DNA from: Priapulus caudatus
Lineage: Eukaryota
NCBI RefSeq assembly: GCF_000485595.1
Contig: NW_014577084.1
Span: 739,730 to 803,729 of the forward strand
Length of the DNA stretch: 64,000 bases
Direction of reading: 5' to 3'
Part shown: one piece after another, positions 62,316-64,000 of the stretch
How positions within the stretch are numbered: position 1 is the first letter of the stretch
Layout: the number at the start of each line of letters is the position of its first letter
Notes under the pieces: generated by a model
The model's input: the letters and a program-made list of their open reading frames with translations, nothing else
The model's database searches: none
What the model was told of the DNA's origin: nothing
Made by a program: the position numbers and the translations under genes

Positions 62316-64000
62316 ATTTAGGTACAAACTACACAGAATCACGATAAAACGATTGCATGGTCAGTCAAAGCCGTCGATGACGCTAAAATAATGTGTAGCT
62401 AATACAAACTGTTCTCGAACTACCTCGACGAGGAGGGAACTTGCAACACAGAATCTAAGAAGCCGCCGAACTACTTATTACAAGCTAAACTGACCAGGCT
62501 CTCCGACTGTTACACGTCGTACGCCAACGTAGTGTTAAGCGAGAAGGGAACTTGTGGCTAATTACAAGCATGCCTCAAATTGATAATTTAGCCCCGGGGG
62601 GGGGGGTCACTCTCTATTAGAACATTACCCCATGTGCATTCTCACTAAAAATAATAGCCCCCCCCCTAGTGCGAACTGCACATTGGAAAACCCTACCCCC
62701 TATTGCAGACACAATTGAAGAATACCACCCCCAATTGCATACACAATGAAAATATCCCACCCTCTATTGCATACACAATGAAAGAGTCCTACCCGGGGGC
62801 CTACCTCCTATTGCGAGGTCTTGCAGACAAATGGAGGGCAAAGAGTGGAGGGAATACTTGTGATCAACTCAAAGAAGACTACTTGCAACTCTCGTGTGCT
62901 ACGGGGCCGCCCGTTCGGGGCCTAGGGCGGGGTACTATGTGGTTCGTCATGAGGGGGGCCTACTGCGGGCGCGGTGCTTGACTTGAGCGATCCCAAGGGC
63001 TTTTTGCGGGATTAGCTTTGTAAAGGGGGGCCTATTTGCTCCCGCGCGGGCCCGCTTTAGAAGTTGAAAAACACCCCCCTAACTCGCAAAATTTGGAACG
63101 CACATGGGGTAATAACGGCATATATAGTGACCCCCCCGGGAATTTAGCACGCGACATTTAATGCCAATTACAGTACGGCCGTATATAGGATGAATTCATC
63201 TATCTTCTATGGCTTTGATACAGTTTTGATACATTTTGTAGCTATGTTTCGCTGTATAGTTAGAGATGTGATAATAAATTAGCTACTGGATTGTTTCGAG
63301 TACACCAGTAACTAGGGAAATAGCAGTGATATCAGTGATATACGCACTAGTAAAAATATATAACCATCACATGGGAATGGTAGAATGGAAACGATGTTAT
63401 GTTATCCCTCGTAGGTGCCTAGATGGCACAGAAGGCAGTGACAAGAAATCTCTAACGTCGTCGGTCCGCGGCTGCTACTAGCCTCGGCGTGTCCCATGAC
63501 AGGTCACACATCCGCATCTCCTTCTCCAGGTCTCATTGGTTCTCCTCCCGTCTGGCGTCCATCTATATATATAAGTGCCGTTTTCGTTATGGCACCTTCT
63601 TTCATCCGGGCGACATGACCGAACCAAGTCCTTTAAAATGTCTATAAACGAAATTATTGAATGCAATGAACCTATGTCGGCTTCAGAATGATAGGCTCTG
63701 AAATGTCGGCTGAAAATTCTGAATTTTCTCAGATTGTGTCAAAAATAGTCACTTTTTGACAAAGGCTTTTTTATTATTATCTGCCTTCCAATCTGCTCGC
63801 TTCTTAGTGGATTGGTTGGCTTTCACTAAGATTGCTTTTGAGTTCTTGTGTAAAGCTGTCTCGTCACCTAGTGAAAGGCTGATGTTTGTAATTTTTGGAG
63901 GTGCGGTTTCTTTTCCTTTTTTAGATTTTTCTCGTGATCCACTTGATTTTTCGATGTCCCGCATCGCTGGTGTAACGTCTTGTTTTCTAACAGGTGCGAT

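Larger units (their letters stand above)
58137..64000 (+). repeat. Duplicate of ~49985-56800 following an N gap
   Basis: Collinear near-identity, starts directly after a 25-N gap, indel-rich. Confidence 0.9.

Overview
Repeat-rich eukaryotic (invertebrate-like) genomic window with N gaps and clear signs of error-rich long-read gap filling. Host genes: MRPL46 (+, 4 coding exons, 701-14461, 284 aa) tail-to-tail with FOXRED1 (-, 6 coding exons, 26822-17319, 484 aa), and two tandem intronless, polyadenylated H1-delta/H1.0-type linker histone genes (-). Three blocks are present twice (about 1-1220 = 3421-4735; 19530-21935 = 29000-32870; 49985-56800 = 58137-64000), probably alternative haplotypes or assembly duplications, and comparing the copies exposes transposon presence/absence differences. 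The rest is a dense set of DNA transposons. P/Galileo-superfamily: an internally deleted THAP/P-transposase element with a 7-bp TSD, long-TIR MITEs, and a family of 32-54 bp CA..TG hairpins with 7-8 bp TSDs that look like excision scars. Others: Foldback-like MULEs with 9-bp TSDs, TTAA (Kolobok-like), AT-TSD (ISL2EU-like), 5-bp-TSD hAT-like and Helentron-associated elements, plus a TA-GGG-TA excision footprint. An indel-riddled gammaproteobacterial ilvI (acetolactate synthase) fragment sits at 46740-47690; it is most likely a contaminant read, but horizontal transfer is not excluded. All family assignments come from recalled motifs, with no database searches.
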